From: an uncultured Gammaproteobacteria bacterium
Lineage (GTDB): Bacteria; Pseudomonadota; Gammaproteobacteria; GCA-002705445; GCA-002716945
DNA length: 64,000 bases
Direction: 5' to 3'
NCBI GenBank assembly: GCA_902628335.1
Contig: CACOMO010000002.1
Span: 143,684 to 207,683 of the forward strand
In this document: piece by piece, positions 51,786 to 61,088 of the stretch
How the letters are laid out: every line of letters starts with the position of its first letter
Position numbering within the stretch: position 1 is the first letter of the stretch
Made by a program: the position numbers and the translations under genes
The notes under the pieces: model-generated
The model's database searches: none
Seen by the model: the letters and a program-made list of their open reading frames with translations, nothing else
What the model was told of the DNA's origin: nothing

Positions 51786-53759
51786 CTATTCTCCAAGACC
51801 CATTTTTATATAACCAGTTGGACACACATCTGCGCAAATGTGACATCCGATGCATTTGTTATAATCGGTATCGACATATCTACCAGTTGTTGATTGATCT
51901 TTTTTTACTCTAAATACAGCGTCTTGAGGACAATATATGACACAGTTATCACATTCGAAACACATACCACAACTCATACATCTGCCTGCTTCTTTAATTG
52001 CTTCTTCCTCAGTTAATCCAATAATTCGATCCTCATAATGATCTATGACGTCATCTCCTGTAGGTACTGCTTCACCACGCTTATATCTTGCTTCATGTTT
52101 ATAGTGACCCAGAAATAACTCTGTCGAAGGGATTACCTCCTGTCCAGATCTATCCTCATAATTATGAACCACAGCATTATTATTATCACTTCCTCTAAGT
52201 TTGTCTGGATCTTCAATTTTAGCCTGATAATCTTCAGGTGAGAGATCTGATTCTCTGAGTTTATCTAATAATTTGAAATGATGGACATCAACTTTAGGTC
52301 TTCTTTTAAAATCATCATTTTCAAAATAACTCTCAATCGTATCTGAAACTATTGAGCCTTGACCTATTGCTGTTGTTAATAAATGTGGTCTAATAATATC
52401 ACCTGCTACAAAATGACCTTCTTTTGTTTTATGTCTGTAGAAGTCGTCAACTTCAAAGAAGCCTTTTTCATTTCCCATTTCCTCATAACCTTCAATGTCA
52501 GGACTTTGCCCGATAGCAGAGATAATCAGGTCAGCCTCAATAACTTTTTCAGTTCCTTCAATAGGTTTTGGTACATTCTCTTCAAAGGTACAATCAGCAA
52601 CAACAAGAGCAATTGCTCTTCCATTCTCATCTTGCTCTACTTTTACAGGAATTACTCCATTTAATATTGATACACCTTCGTGCATCGCATCATTAACTTC
52701 TTGTTCAGCTGCGGTCATTTCCTCTCTCTTGAATAAGGAAGTTAGTGTTACCTCGGCACCCTCTTTGATGGCTTGCTCAGAAACATCTTGAGCAACATAC
52801 CCATGAACAACTGCTTCTGGTTTTTCTTGAGGGTTCATATTAGAGATATGGCCAAGTCTTCTTGCTACTGAGACCACATCAATAGATGTATCACCACCAC
52901 CAACGCAAACTACTTTTTGTGCACCTACTTTTAATCTACCTTGACTGAACGCTTCTAAGAATTCTACACCGTTCAAACAGTTTTCTGCATCACTCCCTTC
53001 AACTGGGAGCGATCTTCCATTCCAGCAGCCAATAGTCCACAGAACAGCATCATGAGATTTTTCAACATCTTCTAAAGGTACGTCTTTGCCAACTCTTGTA
53101 TTAAGTACTACTTCAATATCACCCAAGTCTAAGATACGTTTTATTTCTGCATCCAAGATATCTCTTGGTGTTCTATAATTAGGAATGCCGTAGCGCATCA
53201 TGCCACCAAGTTTTTCTCTCTCTTCAAAAATAGTGGATGCATAACCTTTCTTTCTTAACTGATATGCAGCAGACATGCCAGCTGGTCCACCTCCTATAAT
53301 TGCTACTCTCTGTTTTTTAAGTTCAGGCGCAGGGTCAAATTTAAATCCTTCTTTAAATGCTGTATCTCCGATGAACTGTTCTACTGCATTAATTCCAACA
53401 TAATCATCAACTTCGTTTCTGTTACAGCCACTTTGACATGGAGCGGGGCAAACTCTTCCCATTTGTGATGGAAAAGGGTTTGCAGTTGTTGATCGCCTGA
53501 AAGCATATTCAGACATTGTCATACCCTCTGGTGCTTTTTCTATACCTCTAACGATTTGTAACCAACCTCGTATATCTTCACCAGATGGGCAACTACCTTG
53601 GCAAGGTGGTGTTTTATGAATATATGTAGGACACTTATGGGATTTGTCTTGATTAAAGATATCCTCTGAAAAGTCTGTATACTTATGATCACCATCAGAG
53701 AATCGTCTATAGGTATTCTCCTCTTTCATCAAGTTGACTGTTTTTTCTAGCTTAGACAT
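51786..53759 (-). CDS. dsrL: DsrL (NAD(P)H:acceptor oxidoreductase, GltD-like with C-terminal ferredoxin domain)
   Basis: N-terminal Cys clusters, an FAD/NAD Rossmann motif IIGGGPAGMSAA, and a C-terminal 2x[4Fe-4S] domain CMSCGMCFECDNC...CIGCHICADVCP. Confidence 0.85.
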   Translation of the reverse strand: MSKLEKTVNLMKEENTYRRFSDGDHKYTDFSEDIFNQDKSHKCPTYIHKTPPCQGSCPSGEDIRGWLQIVRGIEKAPEGMTMSEYAFRRSTTANPFPSQMGRVCPAPCQSGCNRNEVDDYVGINAVEQFIGDTAFKEGFKFDPAPELKKQRVAIIGGGPAGMSAAYQLRKKGYASTIFEEREKLGGMMRYGIPNYRTPRDILDAEIKRILDLGDIEVVLNTRVGKDVPLEDVEKSHDAVLWTIGCWNGRSLPVEGSDAENCLNGVEFLEAFSQGRLKVGAQKVVCVGGGDTSIDVVSVARRLGHISNMNPQEKPEAVVHGYVAQDVSEQAIKEGAEVTLTSLFKREEMTAAEQEVNDAMHEGVSILNGVIPVKVEQDENGRAIALVVADCTFEENVPKPIEGTEKVIEADLIISAIGQSPDIEGYEEMGNEKGFFEVDDFYRHKTKEGHFVAGDIIRPHLLTTAIGQGSIVSDTIESYFENDDFKRRPKVDVHHFKLLDKLRESDLSPEDYQAKIEDPDKLRGSDNNNAVVHNYEDRSGQEVIPSTELFLGHYKHEARYKRGEAVPTGDDVIDHYEDRIIGLTEEEAIKEAGRCMSCGMCFECDNCVIYCPQDAVFRVKKDQSTTGRYVDTDYNKCIGCHICADVCPTGYIKMGLGE

Positions 53760-53830
53760 AAATCTCCCACCAAATATAAGTTTATTATTCTAATCTAATA
53801 TTCAATAATTATAGCACATGGATTCAGACC

Positions 53831-55330
53831 CTAAAGCTCTTTTTTGTTCATAATTAGAGCGTTTCCAACAAGCTGATGTAAGCTTATAATCTGGTCGATT
53901 TCAAACCCGTAGTATCCTAGAGCTTTCGAGAACTGTGACTTACAAATAGCACATATAGCAGCCATATGAGTGACACCATAGTCATCGACAACCCTCTTTA
54001 GTGCCTCCATTCTGGGGAGAGCACCTTTCATGCGTAATTCCATAAGATCATCTGTCAAGAGGCCTCCTCCGCCGCCGCAGCAGAAAGTTTTCTCTTTAAT
54101 TGTACTTTCGTCCATATCGTAAAAATGATTAGTAGTTGCCCTAATGATGTCTCGCGGAATTGTAAATTGCCCACCTATCACATCACCCATATTTGATGCT
54201 CTAGCCACATTACAGGAGTCATGATAAGTAACGACCATGTCATCGTTGGCAGACTTATCAAACTGTAAAACATTTTTCTGAATTAAGTCGTATGTTACTT
54301 CGCAAATGTGTTGAGGCACAGGATATTTAGGGTCTAGAAAATCAAAAGGTCCGGCAAGTGTGTTGAGAAAACTATATGCAACACGCCATGCGTGACCGCA
54401 CTCACCAAAGACAATCCTTTTCACATTTAAATCTAGTGCGGCTTCCCTAATCCTCATTGCAAGTTTACGCATGTTTGCATAACTTCCAATGAACATACCA
54501 AAATTAGCAGCTTCACTAGCATGAGAGCTCAAAGTCCAACTTAGGCCTGCTTGATGAAAGACCTTTCCATAACCAATTAAGCCATCTACGTGTGGTTCGG
54601 CAAAAAAATCTGCTGAGGGTGTAACTAGTAAAATATCAGAATCTTTCTGATCAAGTGGGTATTTTACATCAATATCAATCTCATCTTTGACATCCTCTTC
54701 AAGACCCTCGAGCGTATCAGCGAGGGCAGGTTCAGGTAGTCCTAAATTATTACCAATCTTATGAACTTTACCGATAATTTCATTACAATATTTTTGACCA
54801 ACGCCCACGGAATCCATAATTTCTCGTGCTGCCATTGATATTTCTGCAGTATCGATTCCCATAGGACAAAATACCGCACATCTCCTGCACTGTGAACACT
54901 GGTGGTAATAGGAATACCAATCATCTAAAACTTCTTTTGTTAAATCTACTGCTCCTACAAGTTTAGGGAAGTATTTACCAGGTAAAGTGAAGTATCTCCT
55001 ATAAACACTTCGAAGCAAGTTTTGCCTACCTACGGGCATGTTACTTGGATCTTTCGTTCCTAGATAATAATGGCATTTATCTGTGCAAGCACCACATTGA
55101 ATACACGAATCTAGGTAGACTCTTAGTGATCTATATTTTTTTAGCAGATCACCCATTTTGTCGAGGGCTGCATCTTGCCAGTTATCGACAAGTTCTCCCG
55201 GGTAACCAAGGGATGACTGGAATTCCTCTTTTGATTTAAAAGGTGCTAAATGTGCAGTTGCTTTTTTTTCAAGTAAAGGAACATCAGAGTATTCTTTAAG
55301 TTCAGGTTTTTCGAATTCTTTAACTGCCAT
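53831..55330 (-). CDS. dsrK: DsrK (HdrD-like catalytic subunit with CCG domains)
   Basis: Ferredoxin motifs CIQCGACTDKC and CSQCRRCAVFCP, plus CCG domains FCCGGGGG. Confidence 0.9.
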   Translation of the reverse strand: MAVKEFEKPELKEYSDVPLLEKKATAHLAPFKSKEEFQSSLGYPGELVDNWQDAALDKMGDLLKKYRSLRVYLDSCIQCGACTDKCHYYLGTKDPSNMPVGRQNLLRSVYRRYFTLPGKYFPKLVGAVDLTKEVLDDWYSYYHQCSQCRRCAVFCPMGIDTAEISMAAREIMDSVGVGQKYCNEIIGKVHKIGNNLGLPEPALADTLEGLEEDVKDEIDIDVKYPLDQKDSDILLVTPSADFFAEPHVDGLIGYGKVFHQAGLSWTLSSHASEAANFGMFIGSYANMRKLAMRIREAALDLNVKRIVFGECGHAWRVAYSFLNTLAGPFDFLDPKYPVPQHICEVTYDLIQKNVLQFDKSANDDMVVTYHDSCNVARASNMGDVIGGQFTIPRDIIRATTNHFYDMDESTIKEKTFCCGGGGGLLTDDLMELRMKGALPRMEALKRVVDDYGVTHMAAICAICKSQFSKALGYYGFEIDQIISLHQLVGNALIMNKKEL

Positions 55331-55339
55331 TTTATAATC

Positions 55340-56071
55340 CTATGATTCTAGTTTTCTAGCCCAATCTGCAATATGTCTTGAATCCCTTGCGGTATCAGTC
55401 TGATTTCTGGTAGGACTAAAGAATAATCCTGGGGCATGGAGCAATTTACTATAAGGAAAAATAATCATAAGAAGTAATACAAGTCCTAGGTGAAGTAATA
55501 GCATAAAATCGGATGGTAGCTCAGACCAATTAAAATATATCAAACCCAGTATAAACTGCTTCAATGCAAAAATATCTGTTGGGTACCATTTCATCAACAA
55601 TCCAGATAAGGCAATGCCGATAATTAAAAATAGAATTAAATAATCTGAGGGTGCTGAAATATGGCGAACTCTATCTACGAATATCCTTCTCACAAGTAAA
55701 CCAAGCAAGCCGAGCAACATCATATATGCCGCATAGTGACCAGCTGCTTGAACGATCTCCCATGATACCCAAAACCATACTGGATCAGTAGCATATCGGA
55801 GGTGTCTAAAAAATGCTAACAATAAAGCAAAGTGAAACAACCATCCAAACAACCATGTCCACTTAGCTGAATGAAATAGACTTTCAAAAAAAACTACTTC
55901 TCTGAATAGTCTCACTGCAACGCCACGTTTAGTCTTAGGTGCCGGTGGCGTTGGTATTTTTAGAGGAGCTGGAATAGTTGCATACTCATAAATTCTGTAT
56001 GCTATCCCTGCAAACAAAATCAAGGTTGCAAAATAAAACAACGATCCATATATAATTGTCACAAGTGACAT
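55340..56071 (-). CDS. dsrM: DsrM (NarI-like dihaem cytochrome b membrane subunit)
   Basis: Five-helix membrane protein with conserved His pairs. Precedes dsrK. Confidence 0.85.
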   Translation of the reverse strand: MSLVTIIYGSLFYFATLILFAGIAYRIYEYATIPAPLKIPTPPAPKTKRGVAVRLFREVVFFESLFHSAKWTWLFGWLFHFALLLAFFRHLRYATDPVWFWVSWEIVQAAGHYAAYMMLLGLLGLLVRRIFVDRVRHISAPSDYLILFLIIGIALSGLLMKWYPTDIFALKQFILGLIYFNWSELPSDFMLLLHLGLVLLLMIIFPYSKLLHAPGLFFSPTRNQTDTARDSRHIADWARKLES

Positions 56072-56103
56072 GCTCCTCTCCTCTCATAACCTTGCTAAGA
56101 ATA

Positions 56104-56436
56104 TTATACGCAACCAGTAGGCTTTGGTAATCCTGCAAACTTACAAGCTTGCTTACCAGGGCCATATGGGAAAAGTTCATAAAGGTATTTGCTGTTACCT
56201 TTTTCTTTTCCGAGTTTTTTACCGACTGCTTTGGTCAATACCCTAACCGCTGGAGCGATTTGATACTCTTCATAATATTCTCTTAGGAAATTAATAATTT
56301 CCCAGTGATCTTCGCCAAGATCAATGCCATCTTCTTTAGCCATTATCTCCGCGACATCTTTTTCCCAGTCGTTAAGGTTACTTAAGTAACCCTCTTCGTC
56401 TACTTCTAAGCTTTTACCATTTACTTCTATTGGCAT
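56104..56436 (-). CDS. dsrC: DsrC (sulfur-carrier / sulfite reductase substrate protein with CysA and CysB)
   Basis: C-terminal arm QACKFAGLPKPTGCV with two Cys spaced 10 residues apart. TusE/DsrC fold. Confidence 0.9.
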   Translation of the reverse strand: MPIEVNGKSLEVDEEGYLSNLNDWEKDVAEIMAKEDGIDLGEDHWEIINFLREYYEEYQIAPAVRVLTKAVGKKLGKEKGNSKYLYELFPYGPGKQACKFAGLPKPTGCV

Positions 56437-56450
56437 AGTCTACTCCTGAT

Positions 56451-56753
56451 TTATAGCCAGTTTTGAATTCTCTCATTCTCAACGGCAAGTTTAACAAAAT
56501 CTTGATAATCTATTATCTCTATATTATTGATTAGAGAGTTTTTATCAAGCCCTCTGGCCATTAAATCTGGCCCTAAGACGTACATTTTTACAGTATTAAG
56601 CGACTCTTTTACAGTTGCCTCAAACTTAGTGCCCTTTAGTGCACCATAAACACCATCCTCGATCAATAGAACGGAAGAATCTTTACCAGACAGTCTTAAA
56701 CATGTCTCAAGACTGTTTTTTTCAAAAGGTGATTTATTAACAGTGTGTAGCAT
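56451..56753 (-). CDS. dsrH: DsrH (DsrEFH sulfur-relay complex subunit)
   Basis: TusB/DsrH family; the N-terminal segment contains a conserved Cys. Confidence 0.8.
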   Translation of the reverse strand: MLHTVNKSPFEKNSLETCLRLSGKDSSVLLIEDGVYGALKGTKFEATVKESLNTVKMYVLGPDLMARGLDKNSLINNIEIIDYQDFVKLAVENERIQNWL

Positions 56754-57136
56754 TAGAAATTTAGAATTACCTCACTATCAGTAATTAATTGTTTCATTTC
56801 ATCTGATGAAATAATTTTGACGTCAACAGCAAGATCATCTGCAGATATTCCCCTTTCATCAAGTGACTCTTTTTCTACATATAATTTCTCAACATCATAC
56901 ATCTCAAGTGCAGAGAAAGTCTTTGTAAAATTTTTAGTACTAATCTGATCTGTATTCTGATCTTTTTTTAACTGAAAGACTCCGTCATCAAGAAATGCCA
57001 TGCTAACGTCTTGTTCGAAAGCAGCACCAATCAAGACAACTTCAAGAGCCTCGTGAGCATAAATTGTTCCATGAGGAGCACGTCTATTTATGTATAAAAA
57101 TTTTTTTATAACACCACTTTGAGCTTCTTCTTCCAT
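56753..57136 (-). CDS. dsrF: DsrF (DsrEFH subunit)
   Basis: TusC/DsrF family, translationally coupled. Confidence 0.8.
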   Translation of the reverse strand: MEEEAQSGVIKKFLYINRRAPHGTIYAHEALEVVLIGAAFEQDVSMAFLDDGVFQLKKDQNTDQISTKNFTKTFSALEMYDVEKLYVEKESLDERGISADDLAVDVKIISSDEMKQLITDSEVILNF

Positions 57137-57529
57137 CTAGTCACCAAAAGTAATTAATCTATCTGCTTGAATACCGGCCTCTATTAGCTGTCCTAAGCCT
57201 GATATTCTAAAATTATCTGCAATGTTATCTGCATCTTTTTTATTTCTTTTCATTTCGTCAGGATCGACCATACCTCTACGTTGAGCTGCTGCTACGCATA
57301 ACACTAAATCTAAATTATGTTCTTTAGCAAGTTCGGACCACCTGTTAGGGATATGACGATCATCTTGTGGAGGAGTAGCTAGACGTGTGCCGTTGTTTAC
57401 ACCATCATGATAGAAGAATATCCGATAAATCTCATGTCCTTGATCTATTGCGGCTTTTGCAAATAAATAAGCACTATCTGAAGCTTGGTGTGTGTAAGGT
57501 CCCTCGTTTACAAGAATTCCAAATTTCAT
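57137..57529 (-). CDS. dsrE: DsrE (DsrEFH subunit with active-site Cys)
   Basis: TusD/DsrE family; the conserved Cys lies in LVLCVAAAQRRG. Confidence 0.85.
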   Translation of the reverse strand: MKFGILVNEGPYTHQASDSAYLFAKAAIDQGHEIYRIFFYHDGVNNGTRLATPPQDDRHIPNRWSELAKEHNLDLVLCVAAAQRRGMVDPDEMKRNKKDADNIADNFRISGLGQLIEAGIQADRLITFGD

Positions 57530-57540
57530 AATATCTAGTA

Positions 57541-58626
57541 TTAAAATCTAACGTATGCAGATGAGTTGAGGGTTTTTCGACCGCCACGCCAATTATCAAT
57601 ATGGAACTTAGTAAATGGTAGCTCTGTTAATTCGAAGAATCTTGGCCAACCAATTCTCTCAATCCAGTCATTTATTCTTTCCCAATCCTTTGCGTCTTCT
57701 TTGTAAACTTTTAGAATACGTTTAACGATTGCGGTAGCCTCTGGCCATCTTGGAGGATTATTAGGTATACCCGCGGCTACTAGTTTTTGGAATGTAGGTT
57801 TGCCTCTAGCATTAGAATGATTTCCGCCTACCCATATAGCAAGTTTACTGTGTTCAGGGTCATTGATTTGCATTGGAGGACATGGAGGGAAGCAGGCTCC
57901 ACAGCAAATACATTTTTTTTCATCGACTTCTAAAGATGCTTTACCGTTAACCATTGCCGGTCTTATTGCTGCCACAGGACAACGTGCCACAACAGATGGT
58001 CTCTCGCAAACATTTGATACAAGATCATGGTTAATTTTAGGTGGTTTAGTATGTTGTATATTGATTGCAATATCACCTTGTCCACCACAATTAATTTGAC
58101 AACACGATGTAGTCATGTGGACTCTATTTGGCATCTCATTACCTTTAAATTCGTCAATTAATTCATCCATCATTGCTTTTACAACACCAGATGCGTCAGT
58201 TCCAGGGATATCACAGTGTAGCCAACCTTGTGTGTGCGAGATCATAGCAACGCTATTTTTTGTCCCACCAACTATAAACCCGTTCTTTTCTAATTCTTCT
58301 ATTAAAGGTTCTACTTTACTCCCATCTTTAACCATATACTCAATGTTACTTCTAATTGTAAACCTGACGTAACCATCAGCATATTTATCACCAATGTCAC
58401 ATAATGTCCTTAATGTGAAAACGTCAAGTATACGTTGGGTCCCGGCTCTAACTGTCCATATCTCTTCACCACTTTTTGCAACATGTTTAAGAACTCCAGG
58501 TTTTGGGTGCTCATGATACTGCCATTGACCATAGTTCTTACGCATAGTTGGATGCATATATTGAAAACCATCAGGTGCTCCTGTTTCAATCGGAGCTCTC
58601 ATCTCTTTTTTTTGTTCTTCACTCAT
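57541..58626 (-). CDS. dsrB: dissimilatory sulfite reductase beta subunit (reverse-type)
   Basis: Sirohaem/[4Fe-4S] Cys motifs and a ferredoxin insert CxxCxxC. Collinear with DsrB. Confidence 0.95.
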   Translation of the reverse strand: MSEEQKKEMRAPIETGAPDGFQYMHPTMRKNYGQWQYHEHPKPGVLKHVAKSGEEIWTVRAGTQRILDVFTLRTLCDIGDKYADGYVRFTIRSNIEYMVKDGSKVEPLIEELEKNGFIVGGTKNSVAMISHTQGWLHCDIPGTDASGVVKAMMDELIDEFKGNEMPNRVHMTTSCCQINCGGQGDIAINIQHTKPPKINHDLVSNVCERPSVVARCPVAAIRPAMVNGKASLEVDEKKCICCGACFPPCPPMQINDPEHSKLAIWVGGNHSNARGKPTFQKLVAAGIPNNPPRWPEATAIVKRILKVYKEDAKDWERINDWIERIGWPRFFELTELPFTKFHIDNWRGGRKTLNSSAYVRF

Positions 58627-58629
58627 AAT

Positions 58630-59883
58630 TTATGCAGACTCTTTTTTAGCATCAGCTTTTTCGTACCACTTTACTGCTTCGTCATCCCATTCATCTGTCC
58701 TTACATAAGAACTCTCTCTTGGGTTAGCAACCATGTTAGGGTCAACGTCAACTCCGATACCCTCTAAGAAATTGACAAGACCGATTCTTTCAATCATCTC
58801 ACCACATCTTTCATGTTCAAGTGCATTATCTGCCCAAAAATCAATGGACTCTTCGGCAATCTCGACGAGACGTTCCCAGTCTTCATCAGTTTCTAGCTTC
58901 ATAAACGGAACGATTACAGTTCCCATCAAATCACCAATTTTTAGGGTTCTCTTCCCACCTATCAGAATTGTAACACCCTTATCATCCCCAGGATGGAGTG
59001 CTTTTGGCACAACGTTGAGACAGTGCATACATTTCACACAGTTTTGATTATCAATCGCCACAGTGTCATCATCATTCAACGAAATTGCATTTGTAGGGCA
59101 TCTTGTAACGATATTATCAATCACATATTTTCTACCTTTCAATGCTACATATTTTTTAAATTCTTCTTGGTCAATTTGAATGTCATCTCTCCAAGTACCT
59201 ATCACTGACATATCCGCTCTTTCGATTGAGTTCATACAGTCATTTGCACAACCAGATATTTTAAATTTAAATTTGTATGGTAAGGCTGGACGATGCATAT
59301 CATCCATGAAGTTATTTACCAACAAACGCATAGCTTTCTGCTCATTCAAATTAGACATCTCGCAACGACCAGCGCCTACACAAGCCATAGCCGTCCTCAC
59401 ACATGGCCCAGCACCACCCAGATCAAATCCATAATCATTAATTTCATCAAAAAAGTGCTGCGTGTTCTCGGTAGACGAACCTATAAACATAATGTTTCCG
59501 GTTTGCCCATGAAAAGTCACCAGTCCAGATCCGTATTTTTCCCAACTGTCTGCTAATTGACGAAGGATATCAGTTGTATAAAAATTACCTGCAGGTGGTT
59601 GGACTCTTAGGGTATGAAATTCTTTTGATTTAGGGAAAGCATCACCAACTTCAGAAAAGCGAGGTATTATTCCTCCACCATATCCATAGACACTTACTGT
59701 GCCACCTTTCCAATAGCCTTTGCGTGTCTCATAGGAGTGCTCTAATTGACCAAGTAGGTCATTAGTCATCTCATTAATTCTCTCTTCTGGATGATTGTCT
59801 CTTAAGCGCTTTATCCCACTAATAAAACTAGGCCAAGGGCCGTTCTCCAGCTCATCAATCATCGGGGTGTCGTGTTTTTTCAA
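58630..59883 (-). CDS. dsrA: dissimilatory sulfite reductase alpha subunit (reverse-type); TTG start
   Basis: Collinear DsrA homology: GGGIIPRFSE..; Cys motifs CVRTAMACVGAGRCEMS and CANDCMNS. Start codon TTG at 59881-59883, with SD AGGGAGA 6 nt upstream. Confidence 0.95.
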   Translation of the reverse strand: MKKHDTPMIDELENGPWPSFISGIKRLRDNHPEERINEMTNDLLGQLEHSYETRKGYWKGGTVSVYGYGGGIIPRFSEVGDAFPKSKEFHTLRVQPPAGNFYTTDILRQLADSWEKYGSGLVTFHGQTGNIMFIGSSTENTQHFFDEINDYGFDLGGAGPCVRTAMACVGAGRCEMSNLNEQKAMRLLVNNFMDDMHRPALPYKFKFKISGCANDCMNSIERADMSVIGTWRDDIQIDQEEFKKYVALKGRKYVIDNIVTRCPTNAISLNDDDTVAIDNQNCVKCMHCLNVVPKALHPGDDKGVTILIGGKRTLKIGDLMGTVIVPFMKLETDEDWERLVEIAEESIDFWADNALEHERCGEMIERIGLVNFLEGIGVDVDPNMVANPRESSYVRTDEWDDEAVKWYEKADAKKESA

Positions 59884-60048
59884 TCGTTTCTCCCTGTAAA
59901 CCCTTTAAATACTGCTACCCTGCAGATTAGCTATATTGAATCCATCCAATATCTTTATTATATTATCATTATTTTCTAATATAATGCTTGGATAATCAAT
60001 ATAACATTGATATTAATTGTATTACAAGCTAAAAAAAACCATAATTTT

Positions 60049-60897
60049 ATGAATATATTGAATGTAAAAAGTGATGATTATAGGCGTTGGAGAGACCGTA
60101 AATTAGCTTGTTTCACATCGGATATGAGTAAACTGATGGTGGAGATAAAAAATCCCCTAAAATTGACATCATCAGAGATCAAGTTATCAGCAAAGATCAT
60201 AAATCAGAGCAATTTACTATTTTTTGAATTGGGGCATTATAAGGGCGACATCAGATCATCCCTAGTGATACTTGCAAAACAGTTCGGTATGGGGCAATTC
60301 GAAATATTAGAGTCAAGTGAAAAGAGTGGATTGACAAAGATAGAGGTATCCTCTTTATCTAAAGCAAAAAGTGAATATATTCCTTATACAAACAAATCAT
60401 TAAATTGGCATACTGACGGTTATTACAACGAGGTTAACGATCCGATTTTGTCATGGTTACTATTTTGTAAATCTAATTCCAGTAATGGAGGCGACAATAA
60501 ATTTATGGACCATGAGATTGCTTATATTCTATTTAATGACCACTCGGCAGATATCGGAGATTTAATGGATAGTGAGGCATTTACCATACCTGAGAATACT
60601 CAAAATGGTAGGAAGGCTGTGAGCAGTTACGTATTTAGATTGTTAGACAACAAGTTACATATGAAGTTTAGCATGAGAGAGAAAAATATAATCTGGAGAA
60701 ATAAAATTAAATCATCGGTAGAATTACTTAAAACGATTATTAAAGAAAATGAATACTATCAAATAAAGTATAAGTTGAAACCTAACCAAGGCGTTATCTC
60801 TAATAATGTTATTCATATGAGGTCATCATTTACAAATACGTCTAATAAGAATAGGCTGTTATATAGGTTGCGATCTAAAAGAAGAATAGATATCTGA
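60049..60897 (+). CDS. TauD/TfdA-family Fe(II)/2-oxoglutarate dioxygenase
   Basis: Facial-triad motif NWHTDGYYN, matching TauD NWHTDVTF. NGGDNKFMD matches GGDTLW. C-terminal VIHMRSS...R matches RIMHRAT. Divergent from dsrA across a 165-bp AT-rich region. The ORF track start 60007 is possible; ATG 60049 is preferred. Confidence 0.7.
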   Translation: MNILNVKSDDYRRWRDRKLACFTSDMSKLMVEIKNPLKLTSSEIKLSAKIINQSNLLFFELGHYKGDIRSSLVILAKQFGMGQFEILESSEKSGLTKIEVSSLSKAKSEYIPYTNKSLNWHTDGYYNEVNDPILSWLLFCKSNSSNGGDNKFMDHEIAYILFNDHSADIGDLMDSEAFTIPENTQNGRKAVSSYVFRLLDNKLHMKFSMREKNIIWRNKIKSSVELLKTIIKENEYYQIKYKLKPNQGVISNNVIHMRSSFTNTSNKNRLLYRLRSKRRIDI

Positions 60898-61088
60898 TGT
60901 TATATTTAAGTACGCTGTTGATACAAGAGAAAGATGTAGAGAGTTTCGAAGAACTATTAGAGGTAATTAAAATGAGAGCTAAATCTGGAGAGCGTTTCAT
61001 CCGACTTGATCTCAAGCCTCCATACCCTGATACACCTAAAGATTGGGAAGAGAGAGTTGAATCTGCATTTACAGGATACATTGAGTGA
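60897..61088 (+). CDS. small hypothetical protein (63 aa), translationally coupled in the TauD-like operon
   Basis: ATCTGATG and GTGATG overlaps with the genes on either side. No motif recognised. Confidence 0.35.
   Translation: MLYLSTLLIQEKDVESFEELLEVIKMRAKSGERFIRLDLKPPYPDTPKDWEERVESAFTGYIE

Noticed and set aside
49519-59556. Antisense ORFs within dsrP, dsrO, dsrL, dsrB and dsrA (for example 49978..50367, 50988..51299, 52383..52791, 57863..58372, 58733..59556).
   Set aside because: Each overlaps a Dsr gene with clear collinear homology on the opposite strand. Their translations are low complexity and they have no start context.
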